A stretch of DNA of 64,000 nucleotides from Candidatus Krumholzibacteriota bacterium (GCA_963764625.1 CAVXTH010000009.1:352001-416000); one strand, 5' to 3'; positions 10,321 through 21,132 are shown, numbered from the stretch's first letter. Notes: generated by a model not told the origin, from the letters alone. Numbers and translations are program-made.

Positions 10321-10745
10321 CCTTTGACGCTCGCGATTCCGCGACGGGTCAGCCACCTAGGAAGCTGCTCGCGCCGTAGCCAGAGGACGAGCAGGCCGCA
10401 GAGAAAGACCACCCAGGCCATGGAGAAGAGCAGTCCGCCGTCGCGGCCGACGCTGATGCCAAGCACGGTCAGATGCGAGACGATCGCGCCGAGCATCAGC
10501 CCGGTCGCAAGCAGCCCGCCGAAGACGGCCAGGCGCGGACTCAAGAGCAGAAGGACCGCGAGCGCCTCCAGCCCACCGGTCGCAAAGCGTCCCCAGGGCT
10601 CGACGCCCAAACGCGTGAAGAGTGCGACCGCTTCCGGTGCGCCGCTGAACTTGAAGTAGAGGGTCTGCCCCAGGATCGCCACGGCGACGAGCTGAGCGAT
10701 CCAGGAGATCCAGCGCTTGCCGCCGGTGAAAGAACTCTGCCCCAC
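10317..10745 (-). CDS. DoxX-family membrane protein
   Basis: 'QTLYFKFSGAPE..LF..LGVEPWGR..G.LE', 'MLGAIVSHLTVLGI'; four TM segments. Confidence 0.88.
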   Translation of the reverse strand: MGQSSFTGGKRWISWIAQLVAVAILGQTLYFKFSGAPEAVALFTRLGVEPWGRFATGGLEALAVLLLLSPRLAVFGGLLATGLMLGAIVSHLTVLGISVGRDGGLLFSMAWVVFLCGLLVLWLRREQLPRWLTRRGIASVKG

Positions 10746-10865
10746 GGTTTCCTCCCGATTCAGGGACTCTTACCCGGTCGCCGTGACTCGGCGAGGGCTT
10801 CTCTGACGCTCTCCCCTACGGCCAAGAGAACCGCACTGTGACCAGGGCCCCTCTTGGCGCCGGCC

Positions 10866-11805
10866 CTAGGGCCCGGCGTTGCCGGCTTCGCCCCACATCT
10901 TCTCTCCCGCCTCGACGGCGAAGGGAAGGGTGTTTCCCTCGGGGGGAAGGGGACAGGTCGCGTAGCGTGGTGAACACGCAGGGCGGATCGTAGGCCTTGT
11001 TGAAATCCACGACGACCGTTCCGTCTTCCGTGGGAGGATCGATCGAGAGGAAGCGGCCGCCGCCATAGGTGGAAATCTGGTTCGTGGCGTCTCCGAACAC
11101 GAGGAAGAGAGAGTCGGAGGGTTTGCCACTCGCGTGCAGGCGAACCGTCTTTCCCTTCCAGGAGAACACGATCGCGCCGTAAAGGGGTTCCTCGTCGATC
11201 TGCCCCAAGACGTTGGGCGTTTCGAGGACTTTGGGGGGATCATAAGGCTCCCACTTCGCGCGAATGCGCCAGGCGGGATCCACCGGGAATCGATCGATTC
11301 CGTGAAAACTCTGGCGCACCTCGCTGTCGCGGTCCTTGGCCCGGACGAAGTACTCCTCGCCACGCTTGATGAGATAGAAGCTCACGCCACCCCGCACGAC
11401 AATGGTGGGAGAGCCCGAATCATCGCTGCGCAACTCGATCTCTCTCTTCAGCGGTTTCCCCTCGCATTGCAATTCGCTTCCCTGAGAGGGGGTGAAGCGA
11501 AAGCGGTCTCCCTTTCTGTGGATGACTCCGAGAGTTCCGAGATCGGTCTCTGGCAAGCGTAGCTCGCAGCTCGAAGCGGTGCCAATGAAGCTGTCGCCCT
11601 CGGGCAGCGGGAAGAGTCCGACCAGAGTCAGCCAACCGTCGTCGCGTTGCAGGTGTTCGACCCGCCGCGCCTGCCAGGCATCGATCTCCGCCTTGTAGTT
11701 TGAAGCATCGATGCCACTCGAGTCGGCGCTTACGAGTTGCGCCCCGCAGCAGAAGAGGAGACAGAGTGGGAGCAGAGATGCTAGACCAAACGGTTTGACG
11801 GTCAT
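10866..11805 (-). CDS. DUF1684-domain protein, split by a +1 frameshift at ~10965-10968
   Basis: 'GWLTLVGL', 'FGDATN..STYGGGRFL', 'DFNKAYDPPCVFT' continues in another frame as 'YATCPLPPEGNTLPFAVEAGEK', the conserved family C-terminus. Confidence 0.85.
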
Positions 11806-11931
11806 CTTCGACTCCAGTTTTGGCGGCGTGAGCTTCGCGCAACGCTCAGTGTAGCTCCGGAGGGTCGGCGCGTCGAGGCAGGAGCTTCCCGCGCCGAGAA
11901 CCCGGGCCCAGTTTCGGAGCGCACCGCTTCC

Positions 11932-11940
11932 TGCTATCAT
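11932..11940 (+). promoter_or_regulatory. Putative extended -10 promoter element (TGCTATCAT)
   Basis: Matches TGnTAnnnT and lies 31 nt upstream of ATG 11972. Confidence 0.4.
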
Positions 11941-11971
11941 CGAGAGGACGGACTCGAGGAATGGAGACACG

Positions 11972-12607
11972 ATGTCGACCGCTCTCGCCGCATGGAGACG
12001 CCACCGGGTCGACTATCGCTGGCCGGCTCTCGCGGCGCTCGTGCTGGCGAGTCTGATCTTGGCTCTGCTTCCCCGCACCTGGCGGTTCCTCGAGCAACGG
12101 CGTATCGGTGCGCTCGTGCCAGAGCAGAGTCTCGCCCCGTTCTTCGCCGAAGACGAGGGTTTGCAGCTCATCGACGTGCGTCTGCTCCAAGGCGGTGCCG
12201 GCAAAGCGGCGAGCAAGAGCGCGCCCACCGTGGTGCGACCCGAGAGTCCCAAGTCCATCCCCAGGGACGAGTCGGAGGAGCTCGGGACCGGCGAGAACGA
12301 CTACGCTTTCGATCCGACCCACGCCTATCGTCTTGGCCAAGAGCTCCTGAAACCCGATGCCGCCCCCCACCCCCTTGCGCAGCAGTCGATTCCCCTGGCA
12401 TTCGGTTCGATCGTCGATTCGCGAGGGCACTCCGCTCTTGCGCCGCGGGACAGCCAGGTCACGCGAGCCGAGCTCAATTTCGCCCAACTCCAGCGGCAGC
12501 TCTTCTTGAAGAACGCCCCCACCTGGGCGATGGATAAAGCCACCGAACGCGCGCGGGAACTCTACTTGAAAATGCTCATGAGTAATCCTCTACGGGGACC
12601 GCAGTAG
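11972..12607 (+). CDS. Hypothetical protein with N-terminal membrane anchor
   Basis: GGAG RBS, single TM 'WPALAALVLASLILALL'; fills the gap between flanking genes. Confidence 0.65.
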   Translation: MSTALAAWRRHRVDYRWPALAALVLASLILALLPRTWRFLEQRRIGALVPEQSLAPFFAEDEGLQLIDVRLLQGGAGKAASKSAPTVVRPESPKSIPRDESEELGTGENDYAFDPTHAYRLGQELLKPDAAPHPLAQQSIPLAFGSIVDSRGHSALAPRDSQVTRAELNFAQLQRQLFLKNAPTWAMDKATERARELYLKMLMSNPLRGPQ

Positions 12608-13916
12608 GGGGCGCCAAGACCCGAGACATCGGCTTGATGAGCAGCGCGTTTCCGACGAGCCGGCCTCCCAGGTAGGCGATGGCGGCGCAGGTGGCGCCGG
12701 CGAAGCCCAGAAAGTGGATCGAGAGCCAGAGAACCAGGGCGATTCCCAAGAGCTCGGCCGCGGTGGCCAGGCTGATCGGTTCGGTCCGGCGTCCACACAC
12801 CAGGATGGATCGCTGAAAGGACAAAAGTACCGAGAGCGCGGGGAAGAGCACGAGAATCCGGGTGGGGGCTAATGCGAAGGAAATGAGTTCGGGCTCGAGT
12901 CCGCTCAGGGTTCCGTACCAGAATTCGGCGAGCGGGGTCCAGGCGATCAGCAGCATGCCAAAGGTCGTTACCAGTGCGAGCAGCTTTGCGAAGGTCTTCA
13001 AGGGGGCCAGTTGGCGCCAGCGGTCTCCCATGAGTGCGATCACGACGTCTTGAAACGCGAGGGCCGGGGAACGGAAGATGAAGGACAGAGAATTCACCAC
13101 CGGCAACACGGCGAGCGACTCCAGGCTATACGCGGCGTGTCCCATGAAAAACGTGACCACCGGTTGCGCCGCCAGCGAGATGGTGGAGGTCAGGGCCAAG
13201 GGTAAATAGAAGCGGGTGATGTCCAGATAGCCCAGGCCAGGCAGAAGCGGATCGGGTTCCTCGAGGCGGCGCAGCGCCGCGCGCGCCATGAGCCGGCTCG
13301 CGAGCGCTTCCGCGCACACCCCACAGGCCAGGGCGGCGGCTCCGACGACCGCTCCCGGCACCGAGTGCCCAAAGTAGAGAACGAGAGCCACCGTGCTCAT
13401 GGTGAGAAGGCGCACCACGGTACCGTAGGCGACGCGTCGCGTGAACCCACCGCGAATCAACACGCCCTGATAGAGGCGCCGATAGCCGATGGCTGCGGGC
13501 CACGGCAACAGGATCCACAAGGAGGTCCTCGTGAGATGCTGTACCTCCACCGGTAGGTTCATGAGAGTGGCCGTGATCCAGCTAAACAGAGGCGTGGCGA
13601 GCAAGACGATCTGGAAGGCGGTGATCGACACGTTGAGCACGTAAGTGAAACGGCGCAGGCGACGGAAGCTGGGAGCGTCCGCGGCCAGCGCGGTGGCCGC
13701 GCTCATGATCATGATCACGGGAGACTCGATGATGATCGCGAAGGCGTAACTGACCCCATACGCGGCGAGATTGAACTTGGGCTCGATGAGTCTCGCGATG
13801 ATCGCGGCGAGAAAGGGACCCTCCATCGCCATCATCAGCCAGGTGGCGGCCAGGGGCAGCCAGAAGGCGAGAATCTGTCGCTGGCGCAGCCGGTCTTCGT
13901 GAAGGGCTTGGATCAT
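12576..13916 (-). CDS. MATE/MOP-superfamily (ANKH-like) multi-pass membrane transporter
   Basis: About 12 TM segments in two repeats ('FWLPLAATWLMM' and 'FYLPLALTS'), 'YRRLYQGVLIR.G.TR'. Confidence 0.75.
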   Translation of the reverse strand: MIQALHEDRLRQRQILAFWLPLAATWLMMAMEGPFLAAIIARLIEPKFNLAAYGVSYAFAIIIESPVIMIMSAATALAADAPSFRRLRRFTYVLNVSITAFQIVLLATPLFSWITATLMNLPVEVQHLTRTSLWILLPWPAAIGYRRLYQGVLIRGGFTRRVAYGTVVRLLTMSTVALVLYFGHSVPGAVVGAAALACGVCAEALASRLMARAALRRLEEPDPLLPGLGYLDITRFYLPLALTSTISLAAQPVVTFFMGHAAYSLESLAVLPVVNSLSFIFRSPALAFQDVVIALMGDRWRQLAPLKTFAKLLALVTTFGMLLIAWTPLAEFWYGTLSGLEPELISFALAPTRILVLFPALSVLLSFQRSILVCGRRTEPISLATAAELLGIALVLWLSIHFLGFAGATCAAIAYLGGRLVGNALLIKPMSRVLAPPTAVPVEDYS

Positions 13917-14076
13917 CGTCCAGGCATGATAGCGGTTGTCATGCCAAAGGCAATGCGCGCATCGGCTTGCGAGGTGTGGGGGTGTTACCTAAAGTCTTGG
14001 CGCAAGGCGGGGAGAGCTCCGCGGCGCCCGCCCGCTCACCCGCTCGATGAGAATTTGGCTAGGAGAGTACGAAACC

Positions 14077-15975
14077 ATGGCACGATCGAAGTCCGTGAAA
14101 GAGACGCTCGAATTCAAAGCCGACCTGCGCCAGGTCCTCGAGATCATCACTCATTCGTTGTACAGCCACCGTGAGGTCTTCCTGAGGGAGCTCATTTCGA
14201 ATGCGAGCGACGCCTTGGATAAGCTCCGCTTCGAGGCCTTGACCCGGCCCGAGCTACGCGATCAGGACGGCGAGCTCAAAGTTCGCATCTCGGTCGACAA
14301 GGACTCGAAAACTCTGACCGTGAGCGACAATGGAATCGGCATGAGTCGCAGCAGCATCGTGGAGGATCTCGGCACCATCGCGAAAAGCGGCACCCGCAGC
14401 TTCTTGGAGCGGCTGAAAGAGGCCAAGTCGGCTGATCAGCCCGAGCTCATTGGCCAGTTCGGAGTGGGTTTCTATTCGGCGTTCATGGTGGCTAGCGAGA
14501 TCACGGTTCGCTCCCGGCGAGCCGGAGAGAGCGAGGGCGTGGAATGGACCAGCCGTGGTGAGGGTGAATTCACCCTCTCGGACGTCGACAAGCCCGATCC
14601 GGGCACGGAAATCCGGCTTCATCTGCGGGACGACGCGGACGAGTATCTGGAAACGCACCGCCTCATGGGGCTGGTGCGCAAGTACAGCGACTTCATCGAA
14701 CACCCGGTGGTGATGGAGCTCGAAAAGGAGGTCGACGGGGAGAAGAACTTGGTCGAGGAAACGCTCAACAGCGGAAAAGCCATTTGGCTTCGATCTCCCA
14801 AAGATCTCTCCGAGAGCGATTACGCCGAATTCTACAAACAGCTCACCCGGGACTTCCAGGAGCCTCTCTCGACCATCCACTACAGCGCCGAGGGCGTCAT
14901 CGAATTCAAGTCGCTTCTCTTCATCCCCCAATCACCACCCTGGGACCAGCTCTTCGGAGAATCCAGAAGTGGGCTCAGTCTGTACATCCAGCGTGTCTTC
15001 ATCATGGATGATTGCCAGAATCTGCTTCCTGCATACCTGCGCTTCGTGCGCGGCGTGGTTGACAGCGCGGATCTGCCGCTGAACGTTTCGCGCGAACTTC
15101 TGCAGGAGAACGCACTGGTGCACAAAATCCGCAAGAATCTTACCAAGCGAATTCTCAAGAGTTTGGAGGAGATGAAGTCGGATGACCGCGTCAAGTACGA
15201 GAAATTCTTCAAGAACATGGGACCGGTCTTGAAAGAGGGCATCACCCGGGATTTCGAGAATCACGATGCCGTGGCCGAGCTGCTGCTCTTTCAGAGCACG
15301 CGTACCCAACCCGGCGAGACCACCACTCTGGAGCACTACCTCGCCGGCATGCCCGAGGATCAGGAGGCCATCTGGTATCTCATCGGTGAAAATCGCTCTC
15401 AGATCGAAAACGCGCCCTATCTGGAATCCTTCAAGTCCAAGGGGCAAGAGGTGCTGCTTCTGACCGATCCGGTGGATGAGTTTCTGGTTCACTCGCTTCC
15501 CAGCTACAAGGAAAAGCCGCTACGCGCGGTGGACCGCGAGGAGACGGAGACTGAAGAGGTCTCGGAGCTCACGAAGGAAAGCTATCAGGGGGTCCTGGAG
15601 TACCTCGACTCGCGAATCGAGGAAGTCGGTGAAGTCCGTCTCAGTTCGAGATTGCGCGAGAGCGCGTCCTGTCTGGTGGCGGCCGAAGGTGCTCTGGGCT
15701 CGCACATGGAGAGGCTACTGGAGAAGATGGGCCGTGAGGACGAAATGCCCGAGAGCAAGCGAATCCTCGAGTTGAATCCCGAGCACGCCGCGGTGCAGGC
15801 GTTGCGAACGCTCTTCGAGATCGACCGAGAGGATGAACGCACGCTCACGTTCGGGCGCCTGCTCTACGATGAAGCGGTGTTGGCCGAGGGTTCGCGGCCG
15901 AAAGACCCGGCCGCGTTCGCGCAGCGGATCAACGAACTCATCGTGGGCAGCGTGCGAGAATCAGGGCCGAAGTAG
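14077..15975 (+). CDS. htpG: Molecular chaperone HtpG (Hsp90)
   Basis: 'YSHREVFLRELISNASDA', 'DNGIGM', 'IGQFGVGFYSAFMVA', 'DLPLNVSRE'. AGGAG RBS before ATG 14077. Confidence 0.98.
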   Translation: MARSKSVKETLEFKADLRQVLEIITHSLYSHREVFLRELISNASDALDKLRFEALTRPELRDQDGELKVRISVDKDSKTLTVSDNGIGMSRSSIVEDLGTIAKSGTRSFLERLKEAKSADQPELIGQFGVGFYSAFMVASEITVRSRRAGESEGVEWTSRGEGEFTLSDVDKPDPGTEIRLHLRDDADEYLETHRLMGLVRKYSDFIEHPVVMELEKEVDGEKNLVEETLNSGKAIWLRSPKDLSESDYAEFYKQLTRDFQEPLSTIHYSAEGVIEFKSLLFIPQSPPWDQLFGESRSGLSLYIQRVFIMDDCQNLLPAYLRFVRGVVDSADLPLNVSRELLQENALVHKIRKNLTKRILKSLEEMKSDDRVKYEKFFKNMGPVLKEGITRDFENHDAVAELLLFQSTRTQPGETTTLEHYLAGMPEDQEAIWYLIGENRSQIENAPYLESFKSKGQEVLLLTDPVDEFLVHSLPSYKEKPLRAVDREETETEEVSELTKESYQGVLEYLDSRIEEVGEVRLSSRLRESASCLVAAEGALGSHMERLLEKMGREDEMPESKRILELNPEHAAVQALRTLFEIDREDERTLTFGRLLYDEAVLAEGSRPKDPAAFAQRINELIVGSVRESGPK

Positions 15976-18138
15976 CACCGCGGAAACCACGCGACGCTCG
16001 CCCCCGGCTTCCGCGAGCATCCAGAACACTCCCGAGGCTACTCGGCGACCGCGATCGTCTCGGCCATCCCACAAGATCTCATGAGGTCCGGCCGAGAACT
16101 CCTCTCCGGGAAGAGAACGCACGACGCGCCCCCGCACGTCCACCCATCGCATGCGGACTCGCGCCGCCCGACTCAGGTCCAATTCGAAACGAAGTCCGTT
16201 TGCGCTGGGTCCTAACAGGCCCAGGCGCAAGAGCGCTCCCGTCGCCACCGGAGCCGCGACTGCCTGCAGAGCGATCTCGAATCGGCGCGGCCCTCCCTCG
16301 TTCCAGGTGAAATCGCCGTCCGGCTCCTCCGCGCGCACGTGCCACCAGTACTCGCGACCGGGATCGAGTGCGCGTAGGTCGAGAAAGGTGTCCTCGCGTG
16401 CGGGATAGACGACGGCGGAATCGAAGGCGGGAGTTTGGCTCAGCTCGAGCACGTAGTGGAGCGGTTCCCCGTCATACTCGCGGGCGTGATACCAAAAGAG
16501 ACGAAATCCGGTTTCGCCCACCACTCGATCCTGCTCGGGCCAGATCAGATGGAACTTGCCCGGAGGATCGTCGGCCAGGGCTTCCCACTTCGCGGCGTCG
16601 CCCAGCAAGATTTCCCGCGCGGCCACGCTGTCGGCCGGCCCCAGATAAGCTCGCTGCTTGAGGCTGTTCTTCCAGATCGAAGTCAAGCCATCCGCGTTCC
16701 GTCTGGCGGTCGCCAGTGGTACCGGGGCGGCGAGGCCGCGCTCCACGAAAATCGGCGAACTCAGCAGACGGAGACTGTCCTGGGGCGCGAACCAGGTTCC
16801 TCCCTTCGCCACGGCTTCCACGAAGATCGCATCATCGTGGGGAAAGTTCAGGGTGGCGACCAGGTCGAAATCGTTGGCCTTAGAGGGGTCGACGGGGAGG
16901 TCCTCCCAGCGCCCGCTACGGCCGTGAATCGTCACGCGCGCGATCGGAGTCCACGAGACCAGATGGAGCCGCAAGAGGGCGGAATCTGAGGAGAGTTGCA
17001 GCCGATCCCCGAGCATGGCGTCGTCCAGTCGGCACTCGAGGAGCAGCGGACCGTTCGAAGCGTAGCTTCGCTGCGCGCGGACGGCGGAACGCCATTGGCG
17101 ATCGAGGAGAGAATGGGCGGGAGGCGCCGGATTCTCGATGTAGGCGTAGGTGCGCAAAGACCCCACGGGAGGAACCTGGGCCCGGTCGAGAACCGCATCC
17201 GTCTCCCCCAAACTCGCCCAATGGGCTCCCGCCTCCAGGCCGTCGAGCAGGGGCTGCAGGTTCCAGGGCTGAGGAGATCCGTTGCTCCAACTCCCGGTGG
17301 CCACCCCCTCGACCAGCGAACCCATGGCGAGCGATTCCAATTCTCTCGCTTCCCCTGTCTCTGGCCAGCCCAGGGCATAGGTCGAACTTCCCCCGGTATG
17401 AGGGTGCGCGATATAGGCCAGGGGAGGATTCGCGCTCTCCAGGACCTTCTGCAACAGGGGCCAGCCGGGAAGTTCGGGACCGTTCGCCCAGGGATTTCCC
17501 TCCACCGTGACCAAATTTCTCGCCCCCAGAATGACCACGTGTCCCCAAAAGCCACTGCGGAATTCCTCACCCCATACCACCAGGGATCCTCTCTGGTCGA
17601 ACTGGATCGCTCCGCTCGGCGTGTCCAGACGGTTCTCCAACAGGTAGAGGAGATCGAGATCCTCGGCGCGCGCCATTTCCCCGACCTCGTCCATGCTCGG
17701 AATTGAATAGACGCTCGAACCGTCGCCGTGCGTGAGATGAACGTGAGGATCGGCGGAAAACCAACCCCAGTCGTGCGGATCGATAAAGCGCTCCACCTCC
17801 ACCTGTAGCTGGCGATCCTCGTTGAGATCGACGGTGTACTGGCGGGGAATGCGCGACGGTCCACCCAGCACGCACACCCGGTAGCTTCCGGGATCCAAGG
17901 TGAGATCGAGCTGGTCTTCGGCGTACAGATAGGGAGTGCTCGTCTGGTCACGGTGCGTGTGGAGGAAGGAATCGGGAACCCTCAGGGCCGTTCCATCTTC
18001 GGAGAAGATCTGCAGCCGCGCGGCGGCGGGAGCACCGCTTTGCGCGTCACGGAGAACGAGACTCAGGGTAGCCGCGCCAGCGCGGGCACCGCGAACGAGC
18101 AAGAGGCTCAGAACCAAGAGGAGAACGCGGAATTTCAT
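15961..18138 (-). CDS. Secreted CehA/McbA-like (PHP-type) metallohydrolase with C-terminal FlgD-Ig/T9SS-type domain
   Basis: Signal peptide MKFRVLLLV...ARA, 'WFSADPHVH', 'EEFRSGFWGH', 'AHP', an FN3-like segment, C-terminal 'DVRGRVVRSL...WDGRDDRGRRVASGVF'. Confidence 0.75.
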   Translation of the reverse strand: MKFRVLLLVLSLLLVRGARAGAATLSLVLRDAQSGAPAAARLQIFSEDGTALRVPDSFLHTHRDQTSTPYLYAEDQLDLTLDPGSYRVCVLGGPSRIPRQYTVDLNEDRQLQVEVERFIDPHDWGWFSADPHVHLTHGDGSSVYSIPSMDEVGEMARAEDLDLLYLLENRLDTPSGAIQFDQRGSLVVWGEEFRSGFWGHVVILGARNLVTVEGNPWANGPELPGWPLLQKVLESANPPLAYIAHPHTGGSSTYALGWPETGEARELESLAMGSLVEGVATGSWSNGSPQPWNLQPLLDGLEAGAHWASLGETDAVLDRAQVPPVGSLRTYAYIENPAPPAHSLLDRQWRSAVRAQRSYASNGPLLLECRLDDAMLGDRLQLSSDSALLRLHLVSWTPIARVTIHGRSGRWEDLPVDPSKANDFDLVATLNFPHDDAIFVEAVAKGGTWFAPQDSLRLLSSPIFVERGLAAPVPLATARRNADGLTSIWKNSLKQRAYLGPADSVAAREILLGDAAKWEALADDPPGKFHLIWPEQDRVVGETGFRLFWYHAREYDGEPLHYVLELSQTPAFDSAVVYPAREDTFLDLRALDPGREYWWHVRAEEPDGDFTWNEGGPRRFEIALQAVAAPVATGALLRLGLLGPSANGLRFELDLSRAARVRMRWVDVRGRVVRSLPGEEFSAGPHEILWDGRDDRGRRVASGVFWMLAEAGGERRVVSAVLLRP

Positions 18139-18240
18139 GGACCCGTAGTTTCGTCGTCTCGCTCGTGCCCAGAGCTTCACGAGACTGCTCGAGGAAGTAC
18201 GGAGTATGGCACACCCGACCGGAGGTTGGCCAGCCAGCGA

Positions 18241-21009
18241 CTAGAACAGGCGTCTTATGATGGCGTCGCGGAGAGCCTCGAGAGAGGCGGTGTCCAGGTT
18301 TCCGTAGTGCACCGCCGGAGTCTCCTCGGACCGCAAATGCCACCATGACGGTTGGTTCACTGAGAAGAAGGGTTGGAGGAGGCTCACCATCTGCTCGCGT
18401 TCCAGGCCTTCCCGTTTCTGCAAGAGGGTCAACCACTCGCTGAGTTGTTGCGCATCGCGGAGCGCTTTCAGGCGGAGATCCGCCACCACGCGGCCATCGG
18501 ATCTCGAACTCGGCGCCAGAACAAGCGCGGTGCCTGGAAACTCGTCAGGGTCGTACTCGGTCCACGAGTTCTCGTCACCCAGGCTGAGCCAGACCAGCGC
18601 TCCGCGCGCTCCGTCCAACCACGCTCCCAGGACCCAGGCGGCGGTGCCGCTCACCGCCTGATCCTCTTGATTCGCGGCGCCGTAGATCTGCCAACGGAAG
18701 TGAAGCTCGCGCGCGAGCTCGCGACAGCGGCGCACCTGGGCGGCCGTCGTCTGACCGCCGGTGTAGACGATGCGCGCGCGCGAGTCGAGCGCGCCTTCCA
18801 GCCATTCGGGCCGCGAGATGTCGGCGCGCGTCATCCACTGCGCTCGTTGATCCGGATCGAGACCCTCGTCGAAGAGGGAGAGGAAGAAGCTCAGGGCCGA
18901 CCAGTCGGTCCAGTAGAGTGGCTCGTCCGTATTCCACCAGGTGGAGCGGCCCCAGTCCGTGCGGTGCCTCATCTTAGAACCGAAGAAGCAATGGAGCTCG
19001 GTGTCCTTCCACCCCTTGCTCGCGAAGTGCTTTACGAAGGCTCGTTCCACTTCGACAAAATTGTTCGAGTAACTGGGCGCGAAGGCCTGGTCCACCGGCG
19101 GTGCGGTCTCGGGGTGGTCCCACATCCAGCGGAAAGGATCGCCGCGCGTGGGCCAGCGTCCCTGGTAGTGATAGTTCGCGGGGGTGATCACGGTCGGCCA
19201 GGATTCCCAGAAGGGAAGATACAACACCTCGAGCGGCCGGGGGTCTTGGGGGAAGGCGCTGCCATCGAGGAGCGAATCGGCGAGCGCGTCGTACTGGGAC
19301 CAATCGATCGAGGGCGCGGGCCCCTCCTCTTTCAATCGGGGGCTCAGCACCCAGGGAGTGAAGACGCAGCGGTTGTCGCGCGCGAGGCGAAAGTAATCGA
19401 GGGCATCGGGGGGCACCCGATAGGCGTTGAGTTCGATGCGAAAGCCAGGCTCTAAGGGCAAGCTCCAGTTCACGACCTCGATTTGCAGGGGCAGTAACTC
19501 GGTTCCGCCCGGCGTTCGCGTCACGACCAGTGCGCCGCGGTAGATCCCGGGGGCGCTGTCGGGTGGGAGAGTCAATTCGACGAAGAACGAGCGGTTGGAA
19601 AGTCGACGCGGACCGCCCTCGGGCAGCCGCCATGGCACGGCTTCCTCGGATCTCAAGGGCAAGAGATACGAGGGCTGCCACTTGGCATCGGCGCGCTCGA
19701 CGTACCAGAGCGAGGAGAGTCTGAAAAGCGAACTCTGCAGAGTGTCTCCGTTCACCGAGACCAGATCACGCGGCTGGATCGAGACTTCCGAGAGATTCTG
19801 ACTCTTCCCGTTCTGCACCACGAGTTGGAAGGAGAGAGCTTCTCGACGCGCCCCCGCAAGCCACACCTTGCGGCCGTCCCACACCGCGTTGGCGACCCAG
19901 GGTCGCAGGGCATCCTCCCCCGGCCGGTCGAGTCGGAGCGTGGCCGAGGGATCGAGCTTGGCCAGGGCCGGTTGCCCCCACACTGCCGGAGGATTCGAGC
20001 GCCCACTCTCCGCCGGTGGGCGAGAGGGCAGCTCCAGGGGCTGAGGGAGGGCGAGCGCGGAACTCGACCCCATTTCCCACTGCGCTTGCCGCGAGGGGTA
20101 ACCTTCACGGGACACCGCTTGCAGAGCCAGGGTGTGCTCCCGGCGCGGATCGAGCCCGTCCAGGGTGAACACGGTGGAATCACCCCGGGTGGGCCGGGGA
20201 ATCCGCCAGTTTGCCAGGGGCTCGTCATCGAGCCACCCTCGCCAGGCAAAGACGGTGGAGTCCGGTGCGATGGCGACGCGCTCCGCGCCTCCTTCAAGAG
20301 TGGCGCGAGATGGATCGGCGGACAGACTCACTCGCGGAGCCGACGGAGCGGGACCCGACACAAGAGGGCCGCACTCCACTTCCAGCCAGGGCTTTCCCGC
20401 CCACGACTGAACGCTCTGGAAGTAGTAGTTCCGATTGTAGGGCGAACCGCCCTCCATCAACGCCAGGCCATCGCTCACGCCGCAGATCATTGCCGAGACC
20501 AAGGTGAGGGGAAGGTCGACGCTGAGCCAACGGTCCTGATCCTTGTGCACCGCGAGCGTGTGCACCTCGGTGCGGCCCGCTCCCATGGATACGTCGCAGA
20601 ACGAAGACCCGGGCCAGGCCCACGCGGCGTGACTCGGAATGTCGGGCGAGTTCCAGCTCGCGCCATCGCGTCCCGAATAGGCGTGGGTCTCGCTTCCCTC
20701 GGTCCACCGCGCACTGACGGTGGAAACCCGCAGCCACCGGGGCGCCAACTCGTTGCGGCCGCGAAGGTGGAGTCGCGCGCTCAGGAGCTCTCGTCCCCGG
20801 GCCGCGTTCAGGTCGAAGCGGATGGCTGCCAGCTCCTGCACCGACTTCAGCTTGAACACGGGGCTTCCTCCAGCTCCCGTATCGCTCTCGCGCGGGGTAC
20901 TGTGCGCGAGCCAGATGTCAGCCGTGGCCGGCAGATGCAAACGCTCCGCCCGACTTCGCGCGGGTGCGAGGACGAGCAAGAGAGAGATGAAGGGGACGAG
21001 TCGGCGCAC
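18241..21009 (-). CDS. Secreted multidomain protein: DNRLRE-like N-terminus plus GH123/DUF4091-like region (putative glycoside hydrolase)
   Basis: Signal peptide from GTG 21009, 'ADIWL...IRFDL...SARLHL...WTEG...SWN', 'ARREALSFQLVV', 'PPDSAPGIYRG', 'LRLKALRDAQQLSEWL'. Confidence 0.6.
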   Translation of the reverse strand: MRRLVPFISLLLVLAPARSRAERLHLPATADIWLAHSTPRESDTGAGGSPVFKLKSVQELAAIRFDLNAARGRELLSARLHLRGRNELAPRWLRVSTVSARWTEGSETHAYSGRDGASWNSPDIPSHAAWAWPGSSFCDVSMGAGRTEVHTLAVHKDQDRWLSVDLPLTLVSAMICGVSDGLALMEGGSPYNRNYYFQSVQSWAGKPWLEVECGPLVSGPAPSAPRVSLSADPSRATLEGGAERVAIAPDSTVFAWRGWLDDEPLANWRIPRPTRGDSTVFTLDGLDPRREHTLALQAVSREGYPSRQAQWEMGSSSALALPQPLELPSRPPAESGRSNPPAVWGQPALAKLDPSATLRLDRPGEDALRPWVANAVWDGRKVWLAGARREALSFQLVVQNGKSQNLSEVSIQPRDLVSVNGDTLQSSLFRLSSLWYVERADAKWQPSYLLPLRSEEAVPWRLPEGGPRRLSNRSFFVELTLPPDSAPGIYRGALVVTRTPGGTELLPLQIEVVNWSLPLEPGFRIELNAYRVPPDALDYFRLARDNRCVFTPWVLSPRLKEEGPAPSIDWSQYDALADSLLDGSAFPQDPRPLEVLYLPFWESWPTVITPANYHYQGRWPTRGDPFRWMWDHPETAPPVDQAFAPSYSNNFVEVERAFVKHFASKGWKDTELHCFFGSKMRHRTDWGRSTWWNTDEPLYWTDWSALSFFLSLFDEGLDPDQRAQWMTRADISRPEWLEGALDSRARIVYTGGQTTAAQVRRCRELARELHFRWQIYGAANQEDQAVSGTAAWVLGAWLDGARGALVWLSLGDENSWTEYDPDEFPGTALVLAPSSRSDGRVVADLRLKALRDAQQLSEWLTLLQKREGLEREQMVSLLQPFFSVNQPSWWHLRSEETPAVHYGNLDTASLEALRDAIIRRLF

Positions 21010-21132
21010 TGGAGGGCTTCCCGGGATGGAGTTTCCCCCGCATCCAAGCACTTCCCGTCCGCTCCCGCAAGCCTTGCCAAGTCCAAGCAAACGGCGCAGG
21101 ATGGGCGCTCCTTCAGTTTCACGAGGTGTTCG

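Noticed and set aside
19825-21132. Long N-terminal extension on the FAA hydrolase ORF (726 aa)
   Set aside because: It is antisense to the 18241-21009 gene; RBS and homology begin at ATG 21133.
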